DNA of 64,000 bases from Octopus vulgaris (lineage: Eukaryota): assembly GCA_951406725.2 (NCBI GenBank), contig OX597836.1, positions 17,546,001 to 17,610,000 on the forward strand, in the 5' to 3' direction. A program made the translations under genes and the position numbers. Positions 27,944 to 44,812 of the stretch are shown here, piece by piece. The notes below the pieces were generated by a model that did no database searches, had not been told where the DNA came from, and saw only the letters and a program-made list of their open reading frames with translations. Positions within the stretch are counted from its first letter, which is position 1; every line of letters begins with the position of its first letter.

Positions 27944-28484
27944 ATAGGCTGTCCACTTTTAGTGGTCAGTCCTCTAAATATTGTATATATATATATATAT
28001 ATATTCATTCATTTAACAAGAATAGTGTTGACAGAGATTTCGAAATGTCGTTCTACTTATCCTTCGTCCGAGGCTGGAACTCGAAGTCATTCTCAACCTT
28101 ATTCTCGTTAAGGAATAAGCATGCGCTCTACAAAAATATTCAGTAATCTTTCAGTTTAATGTAATATGGCTATTATTATTGTTCAGCCTAAAAACAAACT
28201 GCATACGTACATGTATGTATGTGTATACACATACACACGTACACACAAGCACACACACACATTCACACTAACTCACGCATATACATTACATATGCATGCA
28301 TCCACACATATACAGATCAACCCATACTACATGTGTTTAAAAAGCTGAACAAGGAAAGCGCTTACACACAGAATATGAAAAGTCTTCATTCAAAAAGGTT
28401 CGTGTCGTCTTCTTTCTATAAGAATATTTTTAGATAGTTAAATTTTTAGGAAAAATCTTTCTTTTCATATGAATATATGTTTAA

Positions 28485-28536
<52 letters not shown>

Positions 28537-28828
28537 TTGCTCTAGAGAGTGCACATGAACTTTAATAAACAGCATGGTATTCACTCTCTTTATCCTATTT
28601 AAATAAACCCATTCCCACAACATTAATAAAATCGCAGTTACACTAATGACATATTTGAAGGAATTCGAGAAATAAAGTCAGCCCCCACCCCATGAGATAT
28701 CCCTCAACCCTAACCACTAACCAAATTTTGACAGCCATATTTCTTGTCTTTTCAATAGAACTTTGCCACGCAACACAAGGAACAATATAATGCGTCCATA
28801 ACGGTGATACAACTGCTGCTCCCGCTGT

Positions 28829-28899
<71 letters not shown>

Positions 28900-28999
28900 A
28901 TGATGAGGATGAGGATGATGATGATGTTTCCTTTTACAGGTCACACGGAGGAAAATATCAAAGGACGGGATACAACACAAGACAAAGATATTAAAAAAT

Positions 29000-30670
<1,671 letters not shown>

Positions 30671-31029
30671 AAACAGTAGTATGTCCAAAACAGGCAGAAC
30701 TAGTCATTTCAGTTAGGGAAGTGAAGGAAATCAGCAAAAGAAAAGAACAAGTGGAAGATTTGGGATCAATATGGCTAAGAAGTGGTTCCACATTCTTCAA
30801 AATCCTACAGCTTCTGAACCTGGGTCCCACCATCGGGAGTAGTTTACAGTCCTGCCCAAGACACGACGCGGCCCCATGGCTTGTAGTGACTTTTGAGTTG
30901 CGTTATCGTAAAGTAGCCGAAGCAAGTATAAGAAAAACAAAAGTCCGAGCCAGTCAGCCAATCGGATGATGACGCTGACGCCGAAGAGAGGTCCAGTATT
31001 TTTTTGTAACACTCGTGTTTCTTATTTTA

Positions 31030-31427
31030 CTAGCAGTATCGCACGGCGTTGCTCGAGTTTGCTTCAACCCTTTAGAATTGAAATTTTTGAAAAGTAAAAA
31101 TTTTGCATTATGTAGCTTGTTATTCTCTGTAAGTGAACATTTTTCTGGTTGAAATACACTGAAAAATGCCGACACAGCAGTAAAAAAATCGTAAAAAAAA
31201 AAGGAATTTTTCGTAGAAAAAAACGCACCTTTTTGATCTAAATAATTTTTGGTCTTAACATGGTCTGATTTGAATTATTTCTTCTACGAGAGGAAGAGCA
31301 AGCCTTCTTCTATCATACTCTCAATTTTGGTCAACTTGCGCCGCAGGGTCTTGGAGGAGATAGAGTTAGTTGAAGGCTACCAAACCTGCCATACACAGAC
31401 AACTTCAGCTTTATATATAGAGAGAGA
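31030..31427 (-). mobile_element. Non-autonomous Helitron, subfamily 2
   Basis: Reverse complement of 25244-25632; CTAG|T 3' end. Confidence 0.8.
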
Positions 31428-31773
31428 TTTACGCCGTGAGTTCAAATTTCCCCCACCAGGCTCGTATTTGAGAAATTTACTCTTTTTTTAAATTCTTTTC
31501 CGGTTACGTTGGGGTTGACTATAGAATAACCATCACTCAAGTACTACAATCGATATAATCAATATTCCCCACCCACTAAATACTTCCCATTATTGTTCGC
31601 ATGCCCCAAATCAATATTTACAGATTCCACAACGAATCGCTTCCCTCCCACTCATTTCATGTCTACGGCTATAATTTATCTGTTTTTTCCGCAACATTGC
31701 TCAGCCAGATGTTAAAAAAATGTTTCACCCATCACTGGTTGTCTAATCGACTATTGTTATTTATTTTCTATCT

Positions 31774-31813
<40 letters not shown>

Positions 31814-32007
31814 CGTATTTGTTTTATTCTTTCTTGTGTAATTATTAATTGTCAATCATTGATTATGTGTGTACTCATAATTAAACCTTTTCTTTTCCCC
31901 CTACCCACCCACCACGCCGCCCCCACCGTTCGTCCGATAATTTCTGCTTCATTGCTAGCTTTACTTTCGTTGTTGGCTTAATTCCGCTGTCTGATCGTTG
32001 TTGCATA

Positions 32008-32038
<31 letters not shown>

Positions 32039-32174
32039 GCCAACGCCGTCGCCGTCGTGCTCTCTCTCTTCCGCTTCCTCCTCCTCCTCCTCATTGTTAT
32101 TTTTGTCGTTGTTATTGCTTTGTCTAACAAAGTTCTTTGAAAGATTTGGATTTTCCATGTCTAATTTGATTTAC

Positions 32175-32561
32175 TCTTTTACTCTTTTACTCTTTTACTT
32201 GTTTCAGTCATTTGAATACGGCCATGCTGGAGCACCACCTTTAGTCGAGCAAATCGACCCCAGGACTTATTCTTTGTAAGCCTAGTACTTATTCTATCGA
32301 TTTCTTTTGCCGAACCGCTAAGTTGTCAAGCGATGTTTGGGGGACAGACATAGACACACAAACATATATACATACATACATACATATATACATATATTCG
32401 ACAGGCTTCTTTCAGTTTCCGTCTACCAAATCCGCTCACAAGACTTTGGTCGGCCCGAGGCTATAGTAGAAGACACCTGCCAAGATGCCATGCAGTGGGA
32501 ATGAACCCGGAACCATATGGTTGTTAAACAAGCTACTTACCACACAGCTACTCCTGCGCCT
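32175..32561 (-). mobile_element. SINE family A, near full length
   Basis: Minus head GGCGCAGGAGTAGCTGTGTGGTAAG...CCGGGTTC; (AAGAGTAA)n tail. Confidence 0.88.
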
Positions 32562-33342
32562 ATGATGGAAAACATTATTTTTCTTCCTTTTCATTTTGTT
32601 AACGAGAGATTTTGGAATCTGTGAAAGTCCGGTCTTGTTTATTTGGAGGCAGAAAAATAATATTTGTCGTCGGACATTTTGGTATATATGTCATACTTCT
32701 GAAAACATATGTTTACTCATAAAATAAATCGTGTCTTCGCGGAGTTTAGCGGTATGATGTACTAGTCACAAACGCACTTGTTACGGATACAACCTCAAGA
32801 ATTTCGAAAACTATTGTGATTACAAAATTATGGATTTAAAAAAAAACTAATTAAACAGGCAGAAATCATTAAAAATACAATTGCACTGAAAGTACTCAGA
32901 AAAAATATGTCGATTGTTCAAAAGAATACATATGTAAAGACGAGGTTACGCCTTTTAACAATTGGTCGTAGCCGAAATTGTATTAATGAATAAAACAGAA
33001 ACGGCTTTGCCAGTATTGATTGACAGAAAGACGGACAGAAATACTGATATACTCAAGTTAACTTTATAAAAAACAAAGCGTAGAGAAGAAACAGCGTGTA
33101 AAATACAAGTAGCAAAGAGTGGTACCTCTTTGCCAGACTGTTTCATTTAGAAATATAATAAATATAATTGAAAGAAACATATTACGAACATAGACATTTG
33201 CACGGAAAGTAGTCAGAAAACATGTTGATTCCGCAAAATAATACATTTGTGAAGACAAACTTTCGTCTTTTAATAGGGAGCGGCAGATAAAATTATAATA
33301 AAGCCAACAAAAACAGCTCCGTCAGCATGGTTAGTCAGAAAT

Positions 33343-33727
33343 GGAAGCACTCCGTCGGTTACGACGACGAGGGTTCCGGTTGATCCGAATCAACGGAACA
33401 GCCTGCTCGTGAAATTAACGTGTAAGTGGCTGAGCACTCCACAGACACGTGTACCCTTAACCTAGTTCTCGGGGATATTCAGCGTGACACAGAGAGTGAC
33501 AAGGCCGGCCCTTTGAAATACAGGTACAACAGAAACAGGAAGTAAGAGTGAGAGAAAGTTGTGGTGAAAGAGTACAGCAGGGATCACCACCATCCCCTGC
33601 CGGAGCCTCGTGGAGCTTTAGGTGCTTTCGCTCAATAAACACTCACAACGCCCGGTCTGGGAATCGAAACCGCGATCCTATGACCGCGAGTCCGCTGCCC
33701 TAACCACTGGGCCATTGCGCCTCCACG
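33343..33727 (-). mobile_element. Young full-length SINE family C
   Basis: Inverted near-identical copy of 27560-27943; 11 bp TSD TAGTCAGAAAT (33332-33342, 33728-33738). Confidence 0.92.
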
Positions 33728-33989
33728 TAGTCAGAAATATTGAATTTCTGAAGTTTGCTTTCTGAAAAAAAAGAAAAAGAAAGAACGTATAGGATGTGTA
33801 TAAGATATATATGACGGAAATTAGAGCCTCATTGCCAGACTATGTCCCCTAGAAAAATTTCATAACTCTGTTTGTGTAAAAAGGAGGGAGCTTCCATCTG
33901 CTCTCACAGGATATCTTCGAGGAAGCACTTGCTGATGTATTGAGCGTTGTTTGATCAATGAAACAAAACATAGTATCTGGTATTTTGTG

Positions 33990-34224
33990 TAAAGGTGGCG
34001 AGCTGGCAGAAACGTTAGCGCGCCGGACGAAATGCTTTGCGGTATTTCGCATGCCGTTACATTCTGAGTTCAAATTCCGCCGAGGCCGACTTTGCCTTTC
34101 ATCCTTTCGGGGTCGATTAAATAAGTACCAGTTACGCACTGGGGTCGATATAATCGACTTCATCCGTTTGTCTGTCCTTGTTTGTCCTCTCTGTGTTTGG
34201 CCCCTTGTGGGTAGTAGAGAAATG
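33990..34224 (+). mobile_element. Full-length SINE family B
   Basis: GGCGAGCTGGCAGAA...GAGTTCAAATTCC; TSD GGTATTTTGTG (33979-33989, 34225-34235). Confidence 0.9.
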
Positions 34225-34239
34225 GGTATTTTGTGATTT

Positions 34240-34510
34240 TCAGAACAAAAACTTGATATTGCCACAGATAGAATTAGTAATCGGTAACCAGAAAAGGAGC
34301 ACTTGCCTGATCGTATTTCCATTACTCATGGACACAAGTTTGCCGTCTCTTATGCTTTTTTCTGTTGCTACCACAATGGTCTATGTTCCACAGACTTTGC
34401 TTCTCATGTCCCTGCGCCAGTCAGGCACAACCTCAACAGCTTGCTTAACCTCACGATCGCAAGATCACACCACTTCATTTCACGTTACCCCAGCTTTCTA
34501 AACTCTCCTA
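34240..34510 (+). pseudogene. Decayed LINE ORF2 C-terminal fragment (CR1/L2/Jockey-like group)
   Basis: SITHGHKFAVSYAFFCCYHNGLCSTDFASHVP resembles the recalled motif L.HRR.V.SL.LFYRYY.G.CS.EL...VP. Confidence 0.45.
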
Positions 34511-34725
34511 CAGCACATTGTAGCGAAGAAATTATACAATATCGGTAGAGAAATTCGAGAAACTTCAAAAAAAAAGTACGAAAACGGTTATTTCTCCGAA
34601 AACAATGTTACTATACGCAAAATTTTATAACGTTCTTCGAAGATAACGATTTAAATATATTTTTCAACCATATAACACAAATGTTCTGTAGTTCTTTCAC
34701 TGTTTTATCTTTTATATATACATAC

Positions 34726-34812
<87 letters not shown>

Positions 34813-34813
34813 G

Positions 34814-34932
<119 letters not shown>

Positions 34933-34937
34933 GTGTG

Positions 34938-34969
<32 letters not shown>

Positions 34970-35390
34970 CATATATATATACACATGGATGTATGCATAC
35001 AACCCAAAGATAAATTTTGTAACGCATTTTGTATGAAATATATTGTATATATGTGTAAGACCGTTGCATCCAAAAAATCAATAACAACAACAACAATAAT
35101 AATAACAACAGTTGCAGGTGTTTGAAGCGTCTAGCAGATAAAGGCAGACAGTTATATTGAATAGACTAGGTCTGCTAGTGGATTGATGTATGATATTTCT
35201 ATTATGCAACGTTCGAGAAGCTTTACAATGATGATGTGATAGGTTGGTTATTGAATAGAAAATGGAAGGTTCTTAGTAATGGCTGCCAGTTACATCATTC
35301 TGTATGACATCAGTTGTAATAAATATCGGAAGAATAAAATCCCGCCCACAAAATATTCACACGCGAACATACAAACACATGGTCTGTTTG

Positions 35391-35421
<31 letters not shown>

Positions 35422-35546
35422 TCCCTTCTCACTGTTTTCTCCCATATATTCTCCCGTACACACATAACGACGGGAATACATATACATATATATGTGTATG
35501 TGTGTACGTCGATCCATATATGCATACATATTTATGTATATATATC

Positions 35547-35579
<33 letters not shown>

Positions 35580-35681
35580 ATGTGTATGTGTGTGCGTGCG
35601 TGAGTGCGTGTGTGTGTGTATGTGTGTGTGTGTATAAATATATATGGATAAACACACTGAAGCAAGTAAAATAATAAAAGA

Positions 35682-35721
<40 letters not shown>

Positions 35722-35939
35722 CTGTGTGTGTGTGTTTATGAATTTGTGTTGCAAGATTCCTGATGTGAAATCGTGTGTTGAAACAGATTTTGTTGTATTT
35801 AGGGATGGTCATTTTTTTTTTTTTTTGCCAAATAAACACATGCACTATATATTCCCCCTGCACTCATTATTCTTATTCCAGCTCATGAACATGCGTGGGT
35901 TCATTTGTAAACAAAAAAAAACCCCAAAACAGAAAACAA

Positions 35940-36140
35940 AGACAAAAAGGAAACGACCATCCCGAAGCTGTGGCATTTGTTACTTCTGCTAGCCAGTATA
36001 GCTGTACATTATGTAATAGAATATGTAAATGCTTGGCTGGGCTCAAGTCATACAAGAGCCTCACATTGCATCATCAATAACTCATTTCAATGATTATTTC
36101 TAGTAATGGCTTTGTTGGTATACGAGAAAGCAGCTACTGT
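35940..36140 (+). pseudogene. 3' end of an RTE-type LINE
   Basis: YSCTLCNRICKCLAGLKSY resembles the terminal C..C.R.C.S..GL.SH motif; short 3' UTR ending gtatacgagaaagcagc. Confidence 0.55.
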
Positions 36141-36169
36141 ACATGCATAGATGCACACATATATAAGCC

Positions 36170-38280
36170 AATCCATTCAACTAGAGATAGAGCGATATTA
36201 TGCCAATGTTAACCCTAGCCTCTTAAATAAGGCTTTAATCTTTGCTAGAAATATTTTGGATCATTCTAGATACGAAATTGACATAATACTAGCCGCGCGA
36301 GGAAACTCGGTAGATTTTTGATAATAATTTATGGAATAGATTTGCCACGCCAAATGCGTTTGACATAGCTATAGGATCAATTGATTCTGCAGAAGTAACT
36401 GACCATGTAGGAATTTACATCCTATCCCAGATACAGTATATACTCCTGGATTGAATCGAGGCCTATACAAAAAATCTCTATTTAAGTTTTTTTAAAATAA
36501 TGGACTATCCATCACTATAATCAATGAATGCCGTAGAGTCAACTTTTGAGATGCTACTTTTGACTTGGATACTGATCTACATGAACCGTTCCATAAACCT
36601 AATGAGAACCTAAAATATATCAATGTTGGATCTAATCATCCACCATCAATTGAGGGCCTTATTAGCAACATCTCGGCTAGAATATCCAGGTTATCTGCAA
36701 ATGAAAATATATTCAACATACATGCAGCTTATTATAGCTCAGCCTTAGCCAAGGCTGGATACCGTGAGAAAATCCAATATACCAGTAGTAATAAACTCTT
36801 ACCTCAAGTAGAGATAATACGATTCATTATAACACCATTGCCAGACACAACAATAGCAAGAAAGACAATATAAAAAAAACCTAGATAATAGAATCTCAAA
36901 CCATAAGATAAGACTAACCAAGCCCAAACACATTAGAATCAAACATGAGTTAAAGAAAACTTACAATAGACAACAAATTAAACAATTACCACCACAAAAT
37001 CCAATTTTCGTTCCAAGCACCAGACAAACAGACCTAACCGAAAATATAAGAACCATGACGTCCTTTGGAACCCAGTCTGGAACTCCAGCATCTCATCTAA
37101 TGTCGCGAAACAATTTTTCATCGCACTTGATCGATGCTTCCCCAAAAATGGAGTGTACAGCAAAATATTTAACCGTCACACTATAAAACTATCCTATACA
37201 AATACATCAAACTTAGAGCACCGTATTCATAGTTTTAACAATCGTAAACGGAGGCGAAGATTAGTCAGCACTCAAAATAAGCTTCTTGACATTAACTATA
37301 ACTCATATGACCAACCTAAAGACAACGTTTATAACTCGAATTGTACTACCAATCAAAATCAACAGAGCAATTCTTATAATATCCATGATAACCATCCAAA
37401 AAACAACACCAGCAACAATTCAGATAATGAACTGAGAACACCAAGTGATAATAAAACAATAATATTGACAATCAAAATACCGAACAGAACCAATCCCTCT
37501 CGTTATAAATAAATTCATTGAACAATTACCCAGATGCCTATATGCAGCTAAGCACACATTTACATACTACAATCCAGACCATATATACTTGATATATACA
37601 TGGTGCCCACATCCCTTAATACACATGAACTTGAGGAACCATATTTGAATAACCTGTATTTGACATATCATCTTGAAATCTAGATCCTTATATGTATTCG
37701 TCCATGCGTGTATCTAGTATGTATATATCTGTATACTTGGATATCCGTGTGTGAGCGCGTATGTATAAGCGTGTGCGTATATAAATATATATATATACGT
37801 GTGTGTGTGTGTGTGTATGTATATGTGCATCTAAGCACGAATACAAAAAGTTTCGTCTAAGTATCATCTTCCTTTCAACTTCTACTTCCTTTTCTTTCTC
37901 TTAACAGTTACAACAGATGACGACTCATTACGACATTTTCTCTAAACTAGAATGTATAATTTTCACGTTCATATTTGAATTTTTTGCGTTTCGATTCTTC
38001 TCTGTTTTTTTTTACTCATTCCCAACGTATAGTGGACATATAGTGGTACATAAAACCGAGTCAGAAAATCTCTAGTGAGACATTTTATTTTTTTTATTTA
38101 TTTATGTACCCGATGAGACCCAGAACGGGTCAAAGCATGTGTCGTACTAAATAAATCTTTTATTCCCATCTATTTTATTAATACTGTTACCTCAACCGCC
38201 ACTTCGAAGTTCCTGCAATAAATCTACGAATAACAACAGGGAATCGAAGCTGTGCCGGTGCTTTACTCATCATCTACTTT
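36170..38280 (+). pseudogene. Decayed Penelope-like element (Naiad-like RT), with 3' region and degenerate HHR
   Basis: Broken frames: IQLEIERYY..LLNKAL.FA, FDIAIGSIDSAEVTDHVGIYIL, KPNENLKYINVGSNHPPSI, WNP.W.S.ISSNVAKQF, KIFNRHTIKLSY; HHR-like gtac-CCGATGA-GACCC..GGGTC-AAAG..GTC-gtac at 38106-38147. Confidence 0.85.
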
Positions 38281-38293
38281 TGTATAATCTCTC

Positions 38294-38339
<46 letters not shown>

Positions 38340-38343
<4 letters not shown>

Positions 38344-38470
38344 CAAAATGGGACAATAACGCAAAACATCCAGAAGACGATACAAAAAACAGGGACGGGT
38401 CATTCGAAGCCTTTAATCTTCAGTCAAGAAGCGGATCATCCTCGCAATTTCGGCTGATATCTGCCAAGAT
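38340..38470 (-). mobile_element. Short repeat abutting (TA)n, probably Penelope-derived; inverted partner at 40360-40470
   Basis: Both read cagccgaaatt.gc.a.gatga...gactgaaga...gaatgacccgtc. Confidence 0.55.
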
Positions 38471-38492
38471 TTTTAATCCCGTCTCTCTCTCT

Positions 38493-38531
<39 letters not shown>

Positions 38532-38532
38532 C

Positions 38533-38602
<70 letters not shown>

Positions 38603-39098
38603 ATATATATGTGTGTATATATATATGTGTAGTATATATATATATATATAAAATGTATATATATATATATATATAAATGTATATATGTATATATATAAAT
38701 ATATGTGTGTGTGTATATATATATATGTATATACATACATACATACATACATACATACATACATTCATACATATATATATATAGGGAGAGTTCACGAAAA
38801 AAATAAAAGACGAACACAGGTGGTGTACAAAACAAACCGATGTATTAGTATAACGTGGCCGTGCGGCAAGAAGCTCTACCCAACCACATGGTTCGGGGTT
38901 TTTTCCCACTGCTTGGCACCTTGGGCAAGTGCCTACCGCTATAGCCTCATACTCTAATAATGATTTATTTCACTTTATTGAGATTTTTCTTAAAAGATTT
39001 ACCAAAAGCATTTACAAAATCTTTTCTTCAAATTCCGTTTTCCATCACGTGGTTAATCTTCTATCCCGTCACTTAACTCATTCATATTGTATGTTCTA

Positions 39099-39499
39099 CT
39101 AGCAGTATCGCCCGGCGTTGCTCGGGTTTGTAAGGCAAATAACTATATAAGCATTTTTAGAGATGTAAAGTATAATAGCCAACTCAATATGGCTAACCAC
39201 AAAGGGGGGGGGTGTTACTCTAGCTCTTTACGTTCTGACATTTAATAATACATTTTTAGAGAGTTACTTCCCTTATATAAACCGAGCTAAAATGCATTAA
39301 AAATGCGGAAAAATTATGGTAAATTTTTAAAAAATCGTTGACTCATCGTAGACGCGCGCTAATTCCCAGAAGGGCTCGATATGAATCCCGACTATAAGAT
39401 ACCCGCTTTTGGTTAAACTGCACCGCAAAATGTGGGAGTAGTTAGGAATCTAAATCGTAGGAGACAGACACCACACAACCTCACTTTTATATATATAGA
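39099..39499 (-). mobile_element. Non-autonomous Helitron, subfamily 1 variant
   Basis: Same termini as 8226-8624, different internal block near 39160-39250. Confidence 0.85.
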
Positions 39500-39950
39500 T
39501 ATCCGGCTTTCATATTGTAAATAAATTTACGCTATTAGAGTTATATACGAAACACTGCGTTCACACAAAGTGTATTCTTAGGACTGCAGCAAATATTTAC
39601 GTTGTAACCCTTAATTCATTTCTTACGTTTGAAACTCAAACTTCCGCTCGTAAACATATATGATGCCTGTCAAATTGTTGCCAAGTATGTCCAGATCGGA
39701 CAAGATATCTTAGATGTTACAGACAATAGCTGTCAGCAATGCTTGAGCTGGAATTTGAAGTCAACGACATCTAACACATAACCGATAGGACAATCACCTA
39801 CAAATCCAAGAAGTTCAGGAACAAACAAAAATACAATATCTACGGTTTCGAAATGAGGTGGATGTTATTTCGAAACTTTTTCTCTTAGGGAGTTGTCGAA
39901 TCAGAGACCAGGGGTGTGTCCACTGGCAACTTTTATTTGATCGTTGGATA

Positions 39951-40183
39951 TATATTTCTTTATTGCCAACAAGGAGCTAAACATTGAGAGGACAAATAAG
40001 GACAGACAAAGGGATTAAGTCGATTACATCGACCCCAGTGCGTAACTGGTACTAAATTTATCGACCCCGAAAGGACGAAAGGCAAAGTCGACCTCGGCGG
40101 AATTTGAACTCAGAACGTAATGGTAGACGAAATACCGCTAAGCATTTCGCCCGGCGCGCTAACGTTTCTGCCAGCTCGACGCC
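39951..40183 (-). mobile_element. Full-length SINE family B
   Basis: 18 bp TSD TTATTTGATCGTTGGATA (39933-39950, 40184-40201). Confidence 0.92.
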
Positions 40184-41158
40184 TTATTTGATCGTTGGAT
40201 AGGTTTTGCTTTCCGTCATACTTTGCGTGTAAGAAAACTCAGCCAGAAGGGTTGGTAGGGTTGTTTACTTAGGTACTGAAGGGCCCAAGTTGTGATAGGT
40301 TCTGCTGGATTATATGTTGCAGTAATAATGACCTGACACATGCATTCACACATACACCTTAAACAGCCGAAATTTGCAATGATGAATCGGTTTCTGACTG
40401 AAGAATGAAGGTTTTGAATGACCCGTCTGTTTTTTATGTTCGTCCCTTCGTGTATTTCACGTTATTTATATTTATATATGTAAAGTTTTATACATGTATA
40501 TACCTCTCTCCGTCTATATAAACATACGTACATACATGTACGTATATGCATACACGCATACATATATACAAGTGTATATATGTGTATATATATAAATATA
40601 TTTGTATACACATATATGTACAGATGCAGTGGTAAAAAGCTTGACTCCCAACAACAAGGTTCTGGAGTCAGTACCCCTGTGTGGAATCTTAGGCAAGCGT
40701 CTTCTATTATAAAGATAATGACTTTATCCTAATTATGTATGTGTGTATATATACATGTATATATGTATATATGTATATATAGGGATATATATATATACAT
40801 ATATATTAACATATATGTACATACACACACGCGCACACACAAACACATACACACACAAACACACGCACACACACACACTCACACACACACACACACACAT
40901 AAATATCGGTGCATATTCAAAGCCAGTGAACAGTAATTTACGTAACAGGTATGCCTTTGAATCTCTTTAACAATTCACAATAATGACTTTTATTACTAGT
41001 AGTATTCCTACCTCAGTTCATCTAACTGTATATATCTATCATTACTTTTCATAAAAAGCTTTTACTTTTTTGTTTTCCAATGTGCATTTTCACTTTTTTT
41101 CTTACTTTCCCTTTACATTTCCGCGTGTAGTCTCTAGTTTCTTTTTGTAACATATTTC

Positions 41159-41224
<66 letters not shown>

Positions 41225-41228
<4 letters not shown>

Positions 41229-41430
41229 GGAAAGTTTACGAAAATAAACAAAAGACGAAGGCAGGTGGAGTACTAACAAACAAATGTATTAGTATAGCGC
41301 TCAGGAATAGAAAAAGTCTTTTACGTTTCGAGCCTACGCTCTTCGACAGAAAGATACACAGAAAAAAAACAAGGAGAGAAACAAGGAGAGAAAAAAATGC
41401 GTGTAGGAGCTAACGATCTATCATGGCGTC
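41225..41430 (-). mobile_element. Penelope-type remnant with U6-variant HHR (41317-41354)
   Basis: Minus strand TCTTT-CTGTCGA-A-GAGC(GTAG)GCTC-GAAA-CG-TA-AAAGA. Confidence 0.7.
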
Positions 41431-41449
41431 CTGATATATATATATACTA

Positions 41450-41830
41450 GCTACAAAATTCATCCAAGTGTAGGACCATGGGCCATACGACCCCTACCCA
41501 ATTCAGGATCACAACATATATACTTCAACACAATTTCTTTTTCGCAACAGGCTCTGTCTTTTTTAACATAGTCCCGAAAAAGATCAAAGAGGAGAAGGAT
41601 CCCATCACTTTTAAACGGAATGCGGAAAAATTTCATCAAGGAATACCAGATAAGCCCCCCCCCCCCCAACACCATACCTGGATACAACTCACACAACAAC
41701 AACTCCCTACTCGAATGGACCATGATACTACAAAGCTTGACTTGAAAAAGATTTAGCTAATCCTATAAGGTGGTGCTATTAAGTTAAAGATGACCTGCAC
41801 CAATATTTGGTCTAGGTTATCTAAGTATAA
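41450..41830 (+). pseudogene. 3' end of a CR1-like LINE
   Basis: HNFFFATGSVFFNIVPKKIKEEKDPITFKRNAEKFHQGIPDKP matches G..LFN.LP..I....FK..LDKFL..IPD.P. Confidence 0.7.
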
Positions 41831-41831
41831 G

Positions 41832-41902
<71 letters not shown>

Positions 41903-41926
41903 TATATATACACATGTAGTACATAT

Positions 41927-41979
<53 letters not shown>

Positions 41980-42047
41980 TGCATATACATATACATATAA
42001 ACGCATATATATGTATGTACATCTATATCTATCTATATGTATGTAAG

Positions 42048-42081
<34 letters not shown>

Positions 42082-42373
42082 TGTATGTATGTATGTGTGT
42101 GTGTATGTATGCATGTATGTATGTATGTATGTATCTATCTATCTGTCTATGTAAATATATATGCATATATGTATATGTATGTATGTATGAATATATATAC
42201 GTGTGTGTGTGTATATCTATATTTATCTATCTAACTGTCTACACACACACATACATACATTGACACCGGGAGTGTGAGTAGATTGATTAGTAGATAGATG
42301 GATTAATAAACCAATGTAGACTGTTAAAAAAGGCAAAACAAAAACAACAAAAGACAAGACATTGAACCACCAT

Positions 42374-42420
<47 letters not shown>

Positions 42421-43005
42421 ACACTTCGTCAGAGATCTAATGGTAAACATGAAATGGAACCATTACTAAAGGTAGGTTTTGATAATAATAATAAACAGAA
42501 GAAGAACGATCTCATCGCCCACACCCAGGAAAAATCTATTTAAGCTGTGGAAATTATATTGTGATATTTAGATAAAAGAAATTTAATCGTTGGCAGCCAT
42601 TATTTTCTCATTATTTCATACGTTTTTATCTCACTTTTTTTTTTCTGTATTGAGGTAGTAGTATTTTATTTTGTTGTTTCTTTTTTTTGTTTTGCCTTGG
42701 TTCTTTTTTTGTTTTGTAAATGTGTTATGTTTATTTCGTGCTTTTTTTGCTTGTTTGATTTTATTTTGCTTTGGATATTTGTGGTGTTTTTTTTTTTTTT
42801 TAAATATATTGTTCACCTGACGAACAACAACAGTAACCGGAACACAAAAGGAAAACAACGGAAAACGAGAAAAATAGCGAATAAGAAATAAACATCTACT
42901 GCATTACAAAAACACAACAACAAAAAAAACAAGTTCGATAATGTATATATGATGTGTATGCGACGACATATACTCGCTTGTATGCATACGTATATATACA
43001 TACAC

Positions 43006-43096
<91 letters not shown>

Positions 43097-43150
43097 CGTA
43101 TATATATGTATATATATATATAATATATATATATATTATATATATATATC

Positions 43151-43181
<31 letters not shown>

Positions 43182-43494
43182 TATATATGTATATATACAT
43201 ATATGTATATGTAGATATATTCATATATATGTATATATATAATGTATATATAAATGTATGTAGGTAGGTATATATATATGTGCGTAAATGGGCATATGTA
43301 CACGAATATACACACATTTATATAGATATCTATAGACCACATACATATACGACTGTATACACGCACACACACAAATACACAGATATATGTATACATACAC
43401 ACCTTGACATGTATATGTATAAATGTATTATGTACAAATCTTAGTTCCCAGACATTAGAAGATACATACACACACACATACCTATATATATATA

Positions 43495-43563
<69 letters not shown>

Positions 43564-43575
43564 GTACACACACAC

Positions 43576-43607
<32 letters not shown>

Positions 43608-44004
43608 CACGCACATACATACATCCTAATGTATATATGAATTTACGTATCTATGTGCAGATATATATATAGGTATATGTGCACGTCTGTATGTGTGTGT
43701 ATGTGTGTGTTTGTGTGCGTGTGAGGTGGGTTGTGCATGGTACATTTATCTTATGCCACTATAATTGCACGGAGATCAAAGAATAATATAGAAATCCAAA
43801 GGGAAGGTGAGCTACGTATGAGAACCAAATCATTTCATACACATCAACGACCGCTACTGTGAGTTTCAGGTACCTCAGTTTTCCAATGAAGTGAGGGGTT
43901 AAGGAAACTCGAATAACGCTTAAGAAAATTTACGGTTTACACAACACGCGCACGTGCATACATACACACAAACATATATCTCTCTCTCTCTATATATATA
44001 TACA

Positions 44005-44170
44005 TACATACGACGGGCTTATTTTAGTTTCTGTCTGGCAAATCCACTCACAAGGATTTGGTCGGACCGAGGTTATAGAAGAAGACACTTACCCAAGGTG
44101 CCACGCAGTGGGACTGAACCTGGAACCATGTTGTTGGTAAGCAAGCTACTTACCACACAACCACTACAGG
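44005..44170 (-). mobile_element. SINE family A, 5' half
   Basis: aaggtgccacgcagtgggactgaacc...cttaccacaca. Confidence 0.8.
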
Positions 44171-44448
44171 GCCTATATATATATTTATATATATACACAC
44201 ATACACACACATATACATATATTAACAGAGATATATATGCATGTCAATATGCATGTATAAACATACCTTTATATAAATGTATATATATATTTGTATATGT
44301 GTACGTGTATACATGTATATATATGTATGTATACATAATTTTATGTATATATATGTATATATATATATGTGTATATATATGTATATATATATATATATGT
44401 ATATATGTGTACATATGTATATATATATATATATATATATACATACAT

Positions 44449-44495
<47 letters not shown>

Positions 44496-44703
44496 TGAAT
44501 GTATAATGGAAACAGAAAACCTTTGATCGTATAAGATATAATTCAATTAAAAAAAACTTTGTATATAATTATAGCTTAATGCACATTTCGGAGTTATAGG
44601 TATACATACATACACACATACATGCATACACACACACAGACACATACACACACACACTGACACACGCACACACATATATATGCATACATATATACATATA
44701 TAT

Positions 44704-44812
<109 letters not shown>

